Positions 24,101 to 37,300 of a stretch of 64,000 bases of DNA are shown piece after piece. The DNA comes from Bugula neritina. Lineage: Eukaryota; Animalia; Bryozoa. Position 1 is the stretch's first letter; every line of letters begins with the position of its first letter. A model generated the notes under the pieces. It ran no database searches and was not told the origin of the DNA. It worked only from the letters and a program-made list of their open reading frames with translations. The stretch spans positions 3,749,751 through 3,813,750 of the forward strand of contig OZ037773.1 of the NCBI GenBank assembly GCA_964035545.1, written 5' to 3'. A program made the position numbers and the translations under genes.

Positions 24101-25329
24101 GCCAATCTGTAAAATGCCAAACAAAATATTCAGTATTGGATTAGATTCCTACCAGAACAAAACCTGATATAACTAAATGTGTATTACAAAAGGTAGTAAG
24201 ATTTTTTTTCCCCAACATAAATGCTTGCATGCTGTAAAGTTGAGGAATATATCACAGATCTTTTGGAATATAAGTTGTGAACACAGTTTTGTGCTAAAGC
24301 CAGTAATTAATGTAGCCAATATTTGTGACTTTGAGTAAGTAAAAGTTGAGGAAATTTGATATAGTAGCCATTGTTGACTGAAACCTTCACCTGTTTTCAA
24401 AAAGTTGTGCATTTAATAAGAACAGCATTTGAATAATTGCTCACAAACATCTCAGCCCTTCACAGTAAACTGATTTAAATAAATCTATTTTTAGCCAGAT
24501 CTAGTTGGAAATGCGAAAAGTGAGAGACTAACAAATTTTTATCTATTACTAAAATACATAGACTGCATATGCTCAATAAATTTCTGTATTTTGCTACAGA
24601 ACTATCCAAATGTAGACAGAAATCACATGTTCAGCGACTGACTTTAGTTAATTATTGTTGTAATAGTTACTCACCTTTTGTGTAGCTACTATAATCCACT
24701 AAATCTTGTTATGAGATGAGTGTTAGTACCAGCATGCCAGAGTATGGTACAAACTAATGACGTACGCTGGGGAAACTATATTTTCTAAATTAGTTTCTGT
24801 TGTAAGTTTCTAACAGAAGGTATTTGTATTATAATAGCAAGCAAAACATAAGTGATATCCTTAGCAGATTTTACATTTACAGCATGAATGTTATTTCATC
24901 AACTCTGGTGTGATAATACCACAAAGTACCACATAAAAGTTTCAATTTGCTATTTATTCCTAACCCATCTAACATAAATATAGGCCATTGGTTGAGCTGG
25001 ATTTATGTAAATGATTGCAAGACACCCACAGTATTATTCACTCATGCTGTTGCAACAACGAATTTCTCATTAAAATTCCTGGTTCCCATTAGGTAGAATA
25101 TGTCAGCAAGCTCTGTGATGTGATTCATTTGCTTTCTGTTTACTGTTGGATTTAGGGTTATACCATTATTGTTAGGGTTACTGTCCTTATTTCCCTACCT
25201 CTGCTGGCTATGTAGCTACCTTTGGGCTATGCAGTGAATGTATACCATAGTTTGATACTCATCAGCTGCAGTAGTCTTAGAGATACAGCAAAACGCAGCT
25301 CAGTTTGAAAACTCCTCACAACTTTATCA

Positions 25330-25870
25330 AGTTAAGGACACACGTACTGACATGAGCAAATTAGTAAGCTCATTAATAAGCCCAGGAGACATAAGGTCTG
25401 TACTTTCCATTCAGCACGGGCCGCTCAATGGAAGCTAAAGCAAAACAGACATACTTAAATTTAAACAGCCCTCATCACAAGAAACTAACTGTTAGGGACT
25501 GTGGACTATTTTTGTCCACAGATTTTGCATTTTTAGGTGCTTCCCCTGATGGGATAGTGAGCTGTGAGTGTCACGGGAAGGCATTCTAGAAATTAAGTGC
25601 CCGGCTTTAGATGATTTCCCATCATTCAACACAGTTTCCTTTCTAAAAAAATCTTTTGATGGCACAAAGTCAATTCTCAAAAAGAAACACCAATATTATG
25701 GCCAAGTACAAGGTCAGCTTAAAATAACTAAAGCCGAATATTGTGACTTTTTTGTATTTACTGTAAGGGGAAGTCTAACTCAACGCATAACACATGACTT
25801 GAGATTTACGGAAACCATGTTTATCAAACTGTCCAGATTTTTTACTGATTATCTGAGCCCAGCATTTTAG
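25330..25870 (+). pseudogene. YqaJ-like (lambda exonuclease family) gene of the transposon, frameshifted
   Basis: Reconstructed SIQHG/RSMEAKAKQTY..CGLFLS..FLGASPDGIVSCECHG/EGILEIKCP..HQYYGQVQGQL..CDFFVFT. It needs two 1-nt frameshifts (near 25420 and 25577); the N-terminal part is not recognisable. Confidence 0.85.
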
Positions 25871-26298
25871 CTGCAGCATAATTAAAATGAGAAACCTTCG
25901 AAAAGCAGACCTGTTTTTCAGAATTGGAAACAAAGCCTTTAGCTGCAGCAAATATGCAGTGAAAATTAAAATACTGAAAGTAGGTCTTCCTTTGACAATG
26001 ATGTAAACATAAAGCCTTTATTTTGGACTGAGGTTTTGTGTAACTGCCACTGATTTAATATAAATATATGCATATTTTGTTTATATACATTAAATATTTC
26101 ATTGTTTTGAAATATATTATTTTTATATCAAGCCTTATTTTAATAAATAAATAGTTAATACAAAACTAGGTCAAATATGATCTGAAGATATTATAGAAAT
26201 GTAAATGGTTTTAATTTCTAATATATAGAACGCACACACACATAGATAAAAGTCTACATGCATTGTCTGTTGTTAACAACTGTTGACAAAATGCTAGC

Positions 26299-27668
26299 TA
26301 AAACAATTTTTTAAATAATTACATTAAAGTAAACTAAAGCACGCAAAGTAACCAGGCTATGAGAATGTATTTAGTAGTATGCATTGATTTAAAACTAAAT
26401 CATGAAATGATTATCATTATTGCTACCTCTGCGCTTGGTAGGCAGGATAGAGTGGTGTGACTGCTGTAACTGTGCTACTGCTCTACATACTAACAGACTA
26501 GCCTAGTGTTTTTACATGCCTTACATAAGATATTATAATGGAACTGATAAGTTTGGTGTAGCCACTGTCATTGCAGCTCAGTGACTGTGCTAGTGTGCTA
26601 TGCTCTCACTACTGCTTTACAATACAACCAAGTAGCAGTACTGGTTGATTTGATGTTCTAAGGCCTTTTGATGAAATCACCCTAAGTTATAACTGCCTAC
26701 ATAGTTGCTTACAAACTAAGACAGAACAGATTTCGTAATACTAATAATTTTCCCATACACTGAAGTGTTGTAGATGACTACAGCATGATCAGACTATAAA
26801 ACCTAACCAAAAAGGGGCGTGTACCAACTCTAAAATATCACCGCTATAACTTATATAAAACTCTACATTTTCAAATGCAAATGCATTATTAGGCCAATCA
26901 GATACAATCATTAGCTGGTCATGTAGAGTCCAGCCAATCAGAATTGTATAAAATTGCAGAACAGCGTGTGGATACCCAACTGCCAAAAACAACCAGCTTA
27001 TTTACCACTATGTCAATAAAAATGTCATTAAATGTGTTTTGCCAGAACAGCTGGGGTTGTGGTCAAACTGCTCCAGGGTATTTTTTCAGGAATACATTCT
27101 TTAAATGGATTTTTTAAGCACTTAATTTAAACATTTTGAAAAATGAACTCATGATTCATAAATTTAAGATATGAAATAAAATAATGCATGTAATAAAAGT
27201 TGCACAGCTATTTCCTAGAAGTATGCATTTTGCATTTGAACTTGCAGAAGTTTATATAAGTTATAGTGGTGAGTATCTAGAATTGGTTCAAGGTACTAAG
27301 CCTAGGGCCACACAGTGCGTATTTTCGCATGCGAAAATTGAAATCACAAGTAGCAAAGGTGTCCACTGTGCGCGTTGAGAAAACCTTCGCACTTGTCGCT
27401 CTGCATTTTCAACGCAAGTGCGAATCGTCTCTGTCGTCGTCACCTAATTGGCTGGTAGCTATTCAGCGAGCCCAATTTGTTTATTTTAGTGCTACATTCC
27501 GGTAAATTGCGTTTTATTGAAAGCGAGTGCGATTTAAAAATGAAAGCTTCATTTATCACGCATTACTGACGCTACAGTGGACACCTTTGCTACTTGTGAT
27601 TTTAATTTTCGCATGCGAAAATACGCACAGTGTGGCCCTAGGCTTAATGTACCAATCTTACATGGTCT
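26299..27668 (-). repeat. Right terminal inverted repeat, interrupted by a MITE about 24 bp from its tip
   Basis: Matches the left TIR on both sides of 27299-27644. Confidence 0.95.
27299..27644. mobile_element. MITE (probably PIF/Harbinger-type), about 345 bp
   Basis: About 70-bp TIRs AGCCTAGGGCCACAC..GTGTCCACTGT with 2 mismatches; TA/TWA flanks; absent from the left TIR. Confidence 0.9.
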
Positions 27669-27702
27669 ATTGATGACTATCTTCACTAGTAATGTGTTAT
27701 TA

Positions 27703-27841
27703 TTACTTGTGTTCTATTAATACTTGTGTTCTATTAATACTTGTGTTCTATTAATACTTGTGTTCTATTATTACTTGTGTTCTATTAATACTTGTGTTCT
27801 ATTAATACTTGTGTTCTATTAATACTTGTGTTCTATTATTA
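27703..27841. repeat. 17-bp minisatellite (TACTTGTGTTCTATTAA) x~8
   Basis: Direct reading. Confidence 0.9.
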
Positions 27842-28308
27842 ACTATGTTTTATTTGTACGTACTAGTTTTCTATAATCAGCTGTATTCTAATAATCCAAG
27901 TATTCTGTTAAAAAGCTGTATGCTACTCTGTCACAAATACATCATTTTCAGCAAATTTTGTGTCTATTTATGCCTCGTATTTCTTTTCATGAATACACTC
28001 TTCCTTGGTAGGTAGCACCCCAGCATAATTATCATTTAGCATAATTTCTATATTTACAAATATGTATTCTCAGAAAAGCACAGCACTATAATTAGAAGAT
28101 TAATCTTATAAACATGAAAATATAAAAGCTCCATTAAATAATGCACCAATCAAAACATCAAAATTATGTGATAATTTCTTTTCATGTTTGGTCAACTGAC
28201 ACCTCAGTTGTTGACAGGCTGAATAAATAGTGTAGACTGAGTATAAATAGTGTAGACTAAATTAATCGCATAGACTGAGAATATATTGCAGCCTGAGTAG
28301 GGCCAAAT

Positions 28309-31300
28309 TTATTTCTTTTCCCAACCAAGCCAAATTCCTCGAATGCTTATTCTTGTTGCCGTGTGTCTTCTCTCCAGAGCGGCTGGCTGTGGTACAGTGT
28401 GTCTTCTCTGTAATAGGGCTGGTTGCATAGCCACCCCTTTAGGAGGAACACAATATTTTGTAGAACAAGACCATAAAACTTTAATTATGCAACATCTTCA
28501 CAACACTTAAAATAGTACTTTCCTTGGAAGTGCTTGCTCTATAATCTACATCGTATATGAAAAGATAATATCAACAACATTCAACCCTCTATTCTAATGG
28601 AAATCAGACTCAATGATTACTATCATAATAGAGAGCTGAATATCAAAAGATCTCTCAAACTTGTTCGTGTCCCAAGAAATTACTTGAACGTGCAATCTTG
28701 TGAAAAATATCTAATAAAAAGTTTTATGTAAAGTATTAAACTATCTGTTCAGCCATTTGTTTTGTTTTATAATGCATGACTCAGTGTTTATGTCTTGAAG
28801 GGAAATGTAGAGTATTTTTTGGACCTTGCAAGCAGCTCGTTAGTTTTTCATTTTTACTTTTCAATTTACTTTGTTCAAGATTTCAGGAAGTAATTCACCA
28901 ATACATGTGAAAACAGATATTTTTTCATGGTGAATAATTGACTTATCAGAAATTGTAATATACATGCCTTCAGTGTTTGGAGTTTTCTTCTTTCTATAAG
29001 CCAAGAGTATGAGTAATAGCAGTACAACCACTACAGCTATTCCAACTACCAAAACTATTGTTTTAGGAAAGCCTCCACTTTTCTCTTTGTTTATCTGTTC
29101 AAAAAGTAGCCATAATGTATTGTAACACATGAAACCCATTTACTAACAAGTATTTCACTGAGTGGCTGTATACTGAAAAACAAACATAGGCTGTCCAGTT
29201 GCCAGGGCTTGCCTGCAACATGGGTTTTCATGTAGTTTTACTGCACACACTTCTTGATGGAATGTTAACGTTTGTGATTTTGCCAGTGGAAAAATCTTTT
29301 GTGTAAAAGAAGATGTGTTTTTCAAGCAAGAATTCTAATAAATTTGTCTTTGAGTCATGTCTGTAACAAATAGACTCAGAACACTGAAACTAAACTCGAG
29401 TTTATAGTTAGGGTCAAGAATTCTCAAAGAAATGCAAATCACAGGCTATGAAAACAGTGGCTGGTATGCTCATTGGCAACCTAAACTTCTACATGTAAAC
29501 TGGAAACCAAAGCAACGGCACTGGTTACAAGTCTTCTTCTAGCCCCTGTGCTCCATCTGAATAAGTCCTTAGCCTGAGTTAACAAAAAACCATTCCATTA
29601 GGGGTTTTCCCACAGCTAGAGATGGTGACTATAAACTTGTGTAAGTTAGAAACTATTTGTTTAAATGAATGAGCCTACCACAGCCTGAATGTTGGTCACT
29701 TGCACAAAGCTGATTTTGGTGGCTTCAGCGAGTAACAGCAACTTCGGCGACAGCAACACGGGGAACTCCCTGTTGGCAGCAACATCTTCATCTATCTGAC
29801 CATCTCCATCGTTGTCTTCACCATCATACAGTTCCTCGTCAACCAACCAATCACAGTCATTGTTTTGATTATCATTGACTTGCAGTTGTTGTGTTTTGCA
29901 GTCAGAATCTGATAACACAGAGTATTACTCTATATACTACACAGAGTACTACTTGAAACTACACAGAGTATTACTTGAAACTACAGACATTGCCTCCCTA
30001 TTGCTTCATATTATGTGAATATATTTTTCATATTATGTTATGAAAAAGTTGCATGGAATAAAGCCACAACCATAAGGTAATGCAAACAGCAACCACAAGT
30101 TCATTAGTATAGGTGTTTTTACAAATTCATTTAAAGCAATGATAACACCTTAACAGAGTACATACTTGGTATTACACAGAGTACTGCTCGATACTACACA
30201 GAGTGTTACAATTTTAACTTCAGACACCTTAAACTTTGTGAACATTTTATCTAGTTTAATGTATTAGTGTAGCTTGTGGTACTAGACATAGATTAAGTAC
30301 CAGTTAAGGTGAGTCTGAAGCCTCCCGGGTAACCATAAGATTCACCAGACTTTAGTCCATAGATGACAACTCCAAATGTAACTGTAGGGTTGTCATGCTT
30401 CAATAAATACACGCCACTTGTCACTGACAGTACGATGTGTGCGTACTTTATTCCTAAGATACAAATATTACATTGTTTATCATACGACTAATCAGAGGTT
30501 TAGAAACAGATGGTTGAGAAATGCAGCTTCTAGAAGGTTCTAATAGCAGAACATTACTATGGTTTCACACTATCAATTGAGCTGTAAAAACAAAATACAA
30601 GTATGTAACTTAATTTGCCTCTTAAATTTAAAGCCTAGAATTAGATTAAAGAAATATATTATAAAGAAGAAATTGAAACAGTAAGAGAGAAGGGTTTTAT
30701 TATACATGATATATTGTAAATAACTGTTGATAATAGCAGTTTACATTCTCAATGAGAATGAGATCATTTTTGCATATTTTATAATAATAATATATAATTA
30801 CAATTTAATAATAATAGGAGCAGCCATGGTCCAAGTCTAAGGGTTAGAGCGTTTGGTTAGTGAACATGTTTGGTTCGTGAACACGCAGTCATAGGTTCGA
30901 ACCCCGAAAAATGCCATTGGTGATGTTGGAAAGAGCATCCAGTCATAATTTCTTATGTACCTCATTTAAATAAGTCTTTAGCCCGATCTAACAAAACTAC
31001 TTTCATCGGGGGTTTCTCACAGGGATAGCAACTATAAACTTGTGTCAGTTTTTTTTCCGCTACCCGATCGCAAACAAGACAAAGCCGAGATAGATGAGAA
31101 TAGGTGAGAATATAATGATAATAATGAATTAATTGTTTACTTCAAAAATTATTCTTGGTTACCTGGGATATTGTAGTGTTTTATTATCTGTATTGCTTCA
31201 GTTTTTTGGGTTACAGAATCATTGTGAGTTTGAGCAAACAGATGTTGGCCATTCACCTAAAATACAGCATTGTCAAGAGTTAGCTGCCCACGGTGGATGG

Positions 31301-34300
31301 GTAGTAGCTCTTAAAACACATTTAGACTGGAAATAAGATATCATTGAGCTCTAATAATATCATCACATATTATTAGGCACTTGATCTGTTATAGGTGAAT
31401 TCGGCTGTTGTGTTTTAAACTCCAATAACCTAATGCATAACTTTCTACTTTGGTGTGTAAAGAAAAAGTTTCAACCATTAGAGCCTAACTTGCAACATTT
31501 CATAGATTTTTTACTGACTTATCCACAAATGAGTCTTTTTTACTTTTCTCTCTGCTTAGTTTATTTAAAAATTAAATTTAATAGATTTTTTTCAAATTTC
31601 AAATGATGTTTTCTATGGGAGGTGCTACTTGGAAGGTCTGCCGGTATCTCTCAATCTAGAATCTGACATAAAACCAGCTGCCAACAAAACTTTAAACAGA
31701 GTTGTACACAAGTGCTACTATTTAAACATGTCTGGGCTTGCCCGATGATTGCTTGCATGCCCAGACATGTTTAAATAGCATTTCATTAGCATTAAATTTT
31801 AAGCATTTGAGCAATAGATTAATTACGCTTGCATATTATGTAACTATCATATCAATATTTATGCTTGATGTTACCCAAAACATATATATTAGTAAAACTG
31901 CAAGCTATATTCCCAACTTGATAAGACAAATCAAAAAACTGTCTCTAGTATAACTGTTGCTAGAAGCTGACCTGAATGCCAGACGTCGCGTTCTTGTGTA
32001 CTAGTATTGAGATGAAGTGGTCAAACTCCCCAAACTGACTCTCCACTTGTATTGAGGATACGGTGTAAGCAGAGTCAAACTGTATCACAGCTGGGACTAG
32101 GCACATGAACGGGTCTCCATATCTCACAGTCCTGGAGGCTGAAACATTACGTGAAGCTGCATCTTCATTCATTCAATTTAAATATACTTCAGATACACCC
32201 TTCCAGACTAGACATGTGAAGATACTAACTTATTTAGTAACCGCGAGTTTCAATTAGTATAGTCATTATTTGAAATATAGGACATCTTATATTTTATGAG
32301 TAGGCAATTTCCTTTGTGACAATTTATCTCTGAAAATTTTATTTTTGCTCTAGATATGAAGATTTTGTTTTATTCTAACATTTCCACAGCCTCACAACAT
32401 GCAACATGGTTTAGCCATTAAAATATTTTGAGTTTCGTTTAAAATTTTAATAATTTTTGCTTGCGATTTTGTGTTTGAATGTTATGTGCTTTATTATATA
32501 GAAATTTTTTATGGTAGATTCAAAATATTGTTCGAAATCAATTTTTCCAAGAGATATTAAGCTCAAATTTTGACACCTACAAAACATTGATTGTGTTGGA
32601 GAAGTTGCTCAACATTGTCAAATCAAATTATTAAGTAAAGCTAGTAGACATGCCTTTCAAATAGGTTCTCTGAGTTTGCTAAGAATGCATGCTATTTTGA
32701 GGGTTCTAGAAGTTGTCTTCTTTTTCCAGCTTTTCTAAGTAAAAATATTGTCAACTTACACTCTAACCCAAACAATTTATTTCAATATAACTAATAAAAC
32801 AAATGATGTCACAACTCTACCTGACTTAGCATACTGGGCTAAAAGAATTGGTCTAGAACAATCCACAGTGGCATAGGCAGTTGAGGAGATGTTTTCAATA
32901 TGAACTTGACCTTTATTCAAGGTCACCATATGCTGTGTCTTGTTTTCAGTTTTCAAATATGTTATAACACAGATTGTCTCATCCTTCGCCCCTACAATTG
33001 TTCCAATAAAACTATTAGTTTTTGTTAAATATGATTGGAAATTCTGAAATCCTTATTAGTTAAGTCTTGGCATCAGTAATGAATGGTTTTACACTTTTAA
33101 AATTCAAGTGTAAAAGCTGATATTTATTATTACCATTAATTACTGCATAGCGTTTTTTATTAGTGAACTCAATGCACTACTAAATAAGAATAGTACTAAA
33201 CATTATTAAATACATGTAATAATAAATCAATTATAACCCAACCTAATGAATGGAAGTTAAATACTGTTTGACCTGCTGATTACGTATATTTACAAGCAAG
33301 CTTGTGCTTATTTATGTACAATATTAACATACAAATTGGAATATCAATTTATACTTACTGTATTTACTGTAATTACGCATATATCTACTTATTTTATTTA
33401 CACACTTTTTTATCAGTTATAATAATGATTAGTTAGAAGTGGTATTGGAAGTCAATTCTAAATTTTGATTTGGTTTGAAGTTTTGAGTTTAGAAGTCATT
33501 GAGTAATTCCAGGCTGAAACATCCCCAGTATTACCTATCAATCTGTAAATGTCTCCTGTAGCTCGTTTAAATATTGGTGCAACAATGAATGTTCTCCCCA
33601 GTCTACTTATGGGTGGCAACATTTCAATCATGTGATCTCCAGTGGCGCCATCTATAAAACCTCTTTTGTTTCCAGATGCCACAGCCACAGGGCAATCGCT
33701 TTTTACCTTCCAAAACATTATTGTAACGATTAATTGTCAGAAATTTTGCCACATAAGAGCCTAAAGTGCAGGAGTATAAAATGTTACAGACTTCTTATAA
33801 ATTTTAAAACTATCATAGTAAAAATAGTCTCTCTAAACAGCATAAAGTTCAAGGCACCTTCGAAAGGAGAGAATTTTGGTTAAAGATCAAGACCTAGTGT
33901 AATCCTTTCAGAAAAGTAGTGTTTTTAAATTAAAAACAAATATAGCTTATCAAAAAGAATTGACATTCAACGACATATTGAAAAAGCTCTGTAATATATG
34001 ACCAAGTAAATTACAGTCCCAAGTAGAGAATAGAAGAATCAGTTGTCAGATGGTAACCTGGATGTATGACAGTGATCTCTACTCACAACAGTGCCGGACA
34101 AGTCAATGTCCGAGAGCAGAGAGTAGGTGAGGAATTGAGTCAGGTTGACTGTGAGACTCTTGGATCTGTTCCATACCCCGTCAACCGGGTTGTAGTATCC
34201 ACTCAAAGCAGGAAACTCAAACTCGACACTCGTCTGTCTTCCGGAACAGGTCGCTGTTACCACTTGATTTTGTTATAAAAAATAGCAACATTGCAATATA

Positions 34301-37300
34301 CATCTTTGGTATATGCTCTATAGTTGAGTAATTCCAACAAAATGTGGATCATTACACAAAATCTATGTTACACGGTACACGGATATTGTTTTAGGTTAAC
34401 TGGGTGGCTCACTTTTTCACTCACCAATCGGAGAGAAAGGTAGCAAATAACTGACCAATCAGAAATGTGGCAACATGCAAGTGACCAATCAGAGATATAG
34501 TAGCATGTAACTTACCAATCAGAGAAGTAGCTTGAAGGCTAAAGAAAGTGTGGGCAGAAGCTGGTACAACATATTCCATTCCAAGGACATCTTTAGGTAA
34601 AGCAATCATGGCTTCAGTACTAAATCTTTATTAAAAAGATAAAATCAAAGCTATATCACGTATAAGAAATTCATATTTTAGCTAAATGTATATGAGATGC
34701 TTAAATATTATTTTATTCTGATAGGATCTGACTAAAAAGGAAATGAATTTAAATATTGATCGATTTATTACATATCACAGACATGAAAACATGATGCGAA
34801 ATTTAGTGTAAATGCTGGCTTTAATAAGTAGACATGAATAAAAGTGGAAAAAGTCAGAATTCTGTTGGATTATTTAAAATAAAAGATCATTTAAAGTGTA
34901 AGCATAGTTGATTAAAGAAAACATATCCGGTTTTTATGAAGTTACAGAATCTCCCTGCCACCAGGTTTATCACATGACATCACAGAGTTGACACAACATT
35001 AGTCTCTATGGTTACATACTAGAATAAACAAATGAATTGATTGGTTGAAGCTTACAAGGCGTTGGAAAATCCGTAAACAGCAACTTCCTGTTGGGCAACT
35101 AAATGTATGCTTTTCTTATCTACAGACACAACATTGTCGTCTTCAAGTATCTTTATAATGACATCTGGAGGAGCATCCACCATCGTGCCTTCTGGTTTTA
35201 CTTCTACCTAAACATAAAATATACAGTCATATACTTCAGCTGTGGTCCTTTACTATTAATGGTGATGAAATGCCACAGATTATTCACTTTCACACTGAAA
35301 CGCTATTTTTTTAAAACTGGAGTATATTTGTTGGTTTATAAGGTTTGGTACTGAATTGTTACTATTTTATGAACTTCTTTGTTAGTACAGCCTTTCTCAC
35401 TAACCTATATTCCATAACACATATTATTAGCCGTACCCAATTGTAGTTGCTAGTATACACTTAATATTTTATGTCACCTAAGCTTGAAAGTAGGCTGCAT
35501 GCGGATTTTTGTTTACTTCAAGTTCAAAAATAAAATTATTTTATAGTCAGACAACTCCCTAATTATTGTTAAACAATGAAGTAGAACAGCATGCACATGA
35601 GTTGTTCTCTCTACTTGGAATGGCCAGCTGTAGATGAAAAAGTTCACTTTGGTCACATGATGTGGTAATTTGCTTGTATTTTTCAACTTAAGCACTTGTA
35701 TTGAGTAGGCAATTCATAAAACCAAGTTTTATCTGGAATATTTGAGCTAACATTTGGAGAGGATTGGATTTGTACCATAAGCTTTACAAAGTAAAGTGAT
35801 GGCAGCTGTATCTCAATAGTATTTAACTTCTTTGTGTTTTGTGAGTCACTTACTGAGGTCATGTGATATCAAATCTGTGGGTCTTGGTATCATACGCCCG
35901 ACTCCCATATCAAATTGTATAGTAATGAATCAGAGCTATTTTACTAAAACCACAATCTTGAGTCAGAAGTCATACTCCAGGTTGGTGAGAGAATATTTAA
36001 TTTCAAGATTCTTAATTTAATTAAGTATTACATAATATTTTGTTGTGGTTAATTCTTTAATTTTTGGAGGAGCTTTAATAGAGTCACAAGGTCTGGGAAT
36101 GTTTACAAATGTTTAGAAATGCTTTGGAAACTGGATAGGCTCATGTAGTCCTAACAAAAACATTGTTTCATAAGTACACATCACTCAGTATTTATTACAC
36201 AGGATCATGTACTCCTCAGATGTGTAAATAAAGAGGGTTACACTAAAGGGATTTCACTAAAAGGTGCTGCTATATAGATTTAATAGTTGAACACTTGGTT
36301 TGACATGTATTCCCATATGTAAGTTATACACGCTATTGACAAATCTATGATATTTCCAAATTTTACAAGACCTGGTGAAGTTTTGTTCTACATTAGCAAT
36401 AACAACCTTGAATACCCAAGACTCTTATAGACTATTGAGTGGCCAACATTCTGACTAGCTATAATATATTCTGCTTATCAATTTATATCAAGCAAACCAG
36501 CTAATTTGTTAATTATTTTATATTGTTTATCAGCGCTGTTTTGCAGTGGTGAAGCTAGTTTAATATACCTGAACATCCACTGTAATATACCTGAATAGCT
36601 ACTGTAATATACCTGAATAGCTAAAGTAATATACCTGAACAGCTGTATTATGGAATGATACATGGGCCCAAAGTTATAAAATTACAGAAAATTACACCAA
36701 CATACAATAAATAACACATATATAACTTTTGTTGTCTGAAACATTAAAAATGAATTGAAAACTTGTGCCAAAATGTTTAACATTTAACAAAAAGCAGTTA
36801 TAAATATAACAAAGTTCAAAGTCTTTACCAGATAGCACTGGTTCTCAAAGTGAAACTTTCATTCAGTTAATTTGCGGGAAGATTTTTCAGTTAGATAAGA
36901 GCTAGTTCTGTGACAAAAGAAATAAGTATGCTGTGAGTTTATCGCACATGTTTGAGTTAATGATTGTCTTTCAAAAGAATAATACTTTTCTGCAGAATAC
37001 ATTTTTACAATTTGGAGAGTTTGTACTTCTTCAGCTTCTAGTAACAAAAAGCAATGTCAAACGGCAAAATATACTTATAGAGTGAATAATGCTTTTCAAC
37101 ATTTCTACTTAATAATTAAGAACTTATTAGGATCTTGGGTTATTTGCATAACTTAACATTGCAGAACTGTGTTCATTCCATTTTTTGCGTCCTTCTTACG
37201 AGAGTCTAACCGCAAAACTCTAGCTATCAGCACCTTACACATTGCGCAGTCAATGTGACAAGAAGAGTTGTCTGCCCAACAATATGTCACAGGCTTATTG

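Larger units (their letters stand above)
17325..27668. mobile_element. ISL2EU-type (PIF/Harbinger-related) DNA transposon with about 1-kb TIRs and nested insertions
   Basis: Ends read ca-AT-[AGACCATGTAAGATTGGTACATT...AATGTACCAATCTTACATGGTCT]-AT-tg, consistent with an AT TSD. It carries a THAP-HTH-DDE transposase and a divergently oriented YqaJ exonuclease, the gene pair characteristic of ISL2EU. Confidence 0.9.

Noticed and set aside
23453-24124. Stand-alone host THAP transcription factor
   Set aside because: It splices in frame to the DDE exon and lies within the TIRs, so it is the transposase N-terminus.
25492-25870. Phage or viral insertion suggested by the YqaJ recombinase
   Set aside because: No other viral genes; YqaJ is the expected second gene of ISL2EU elements.
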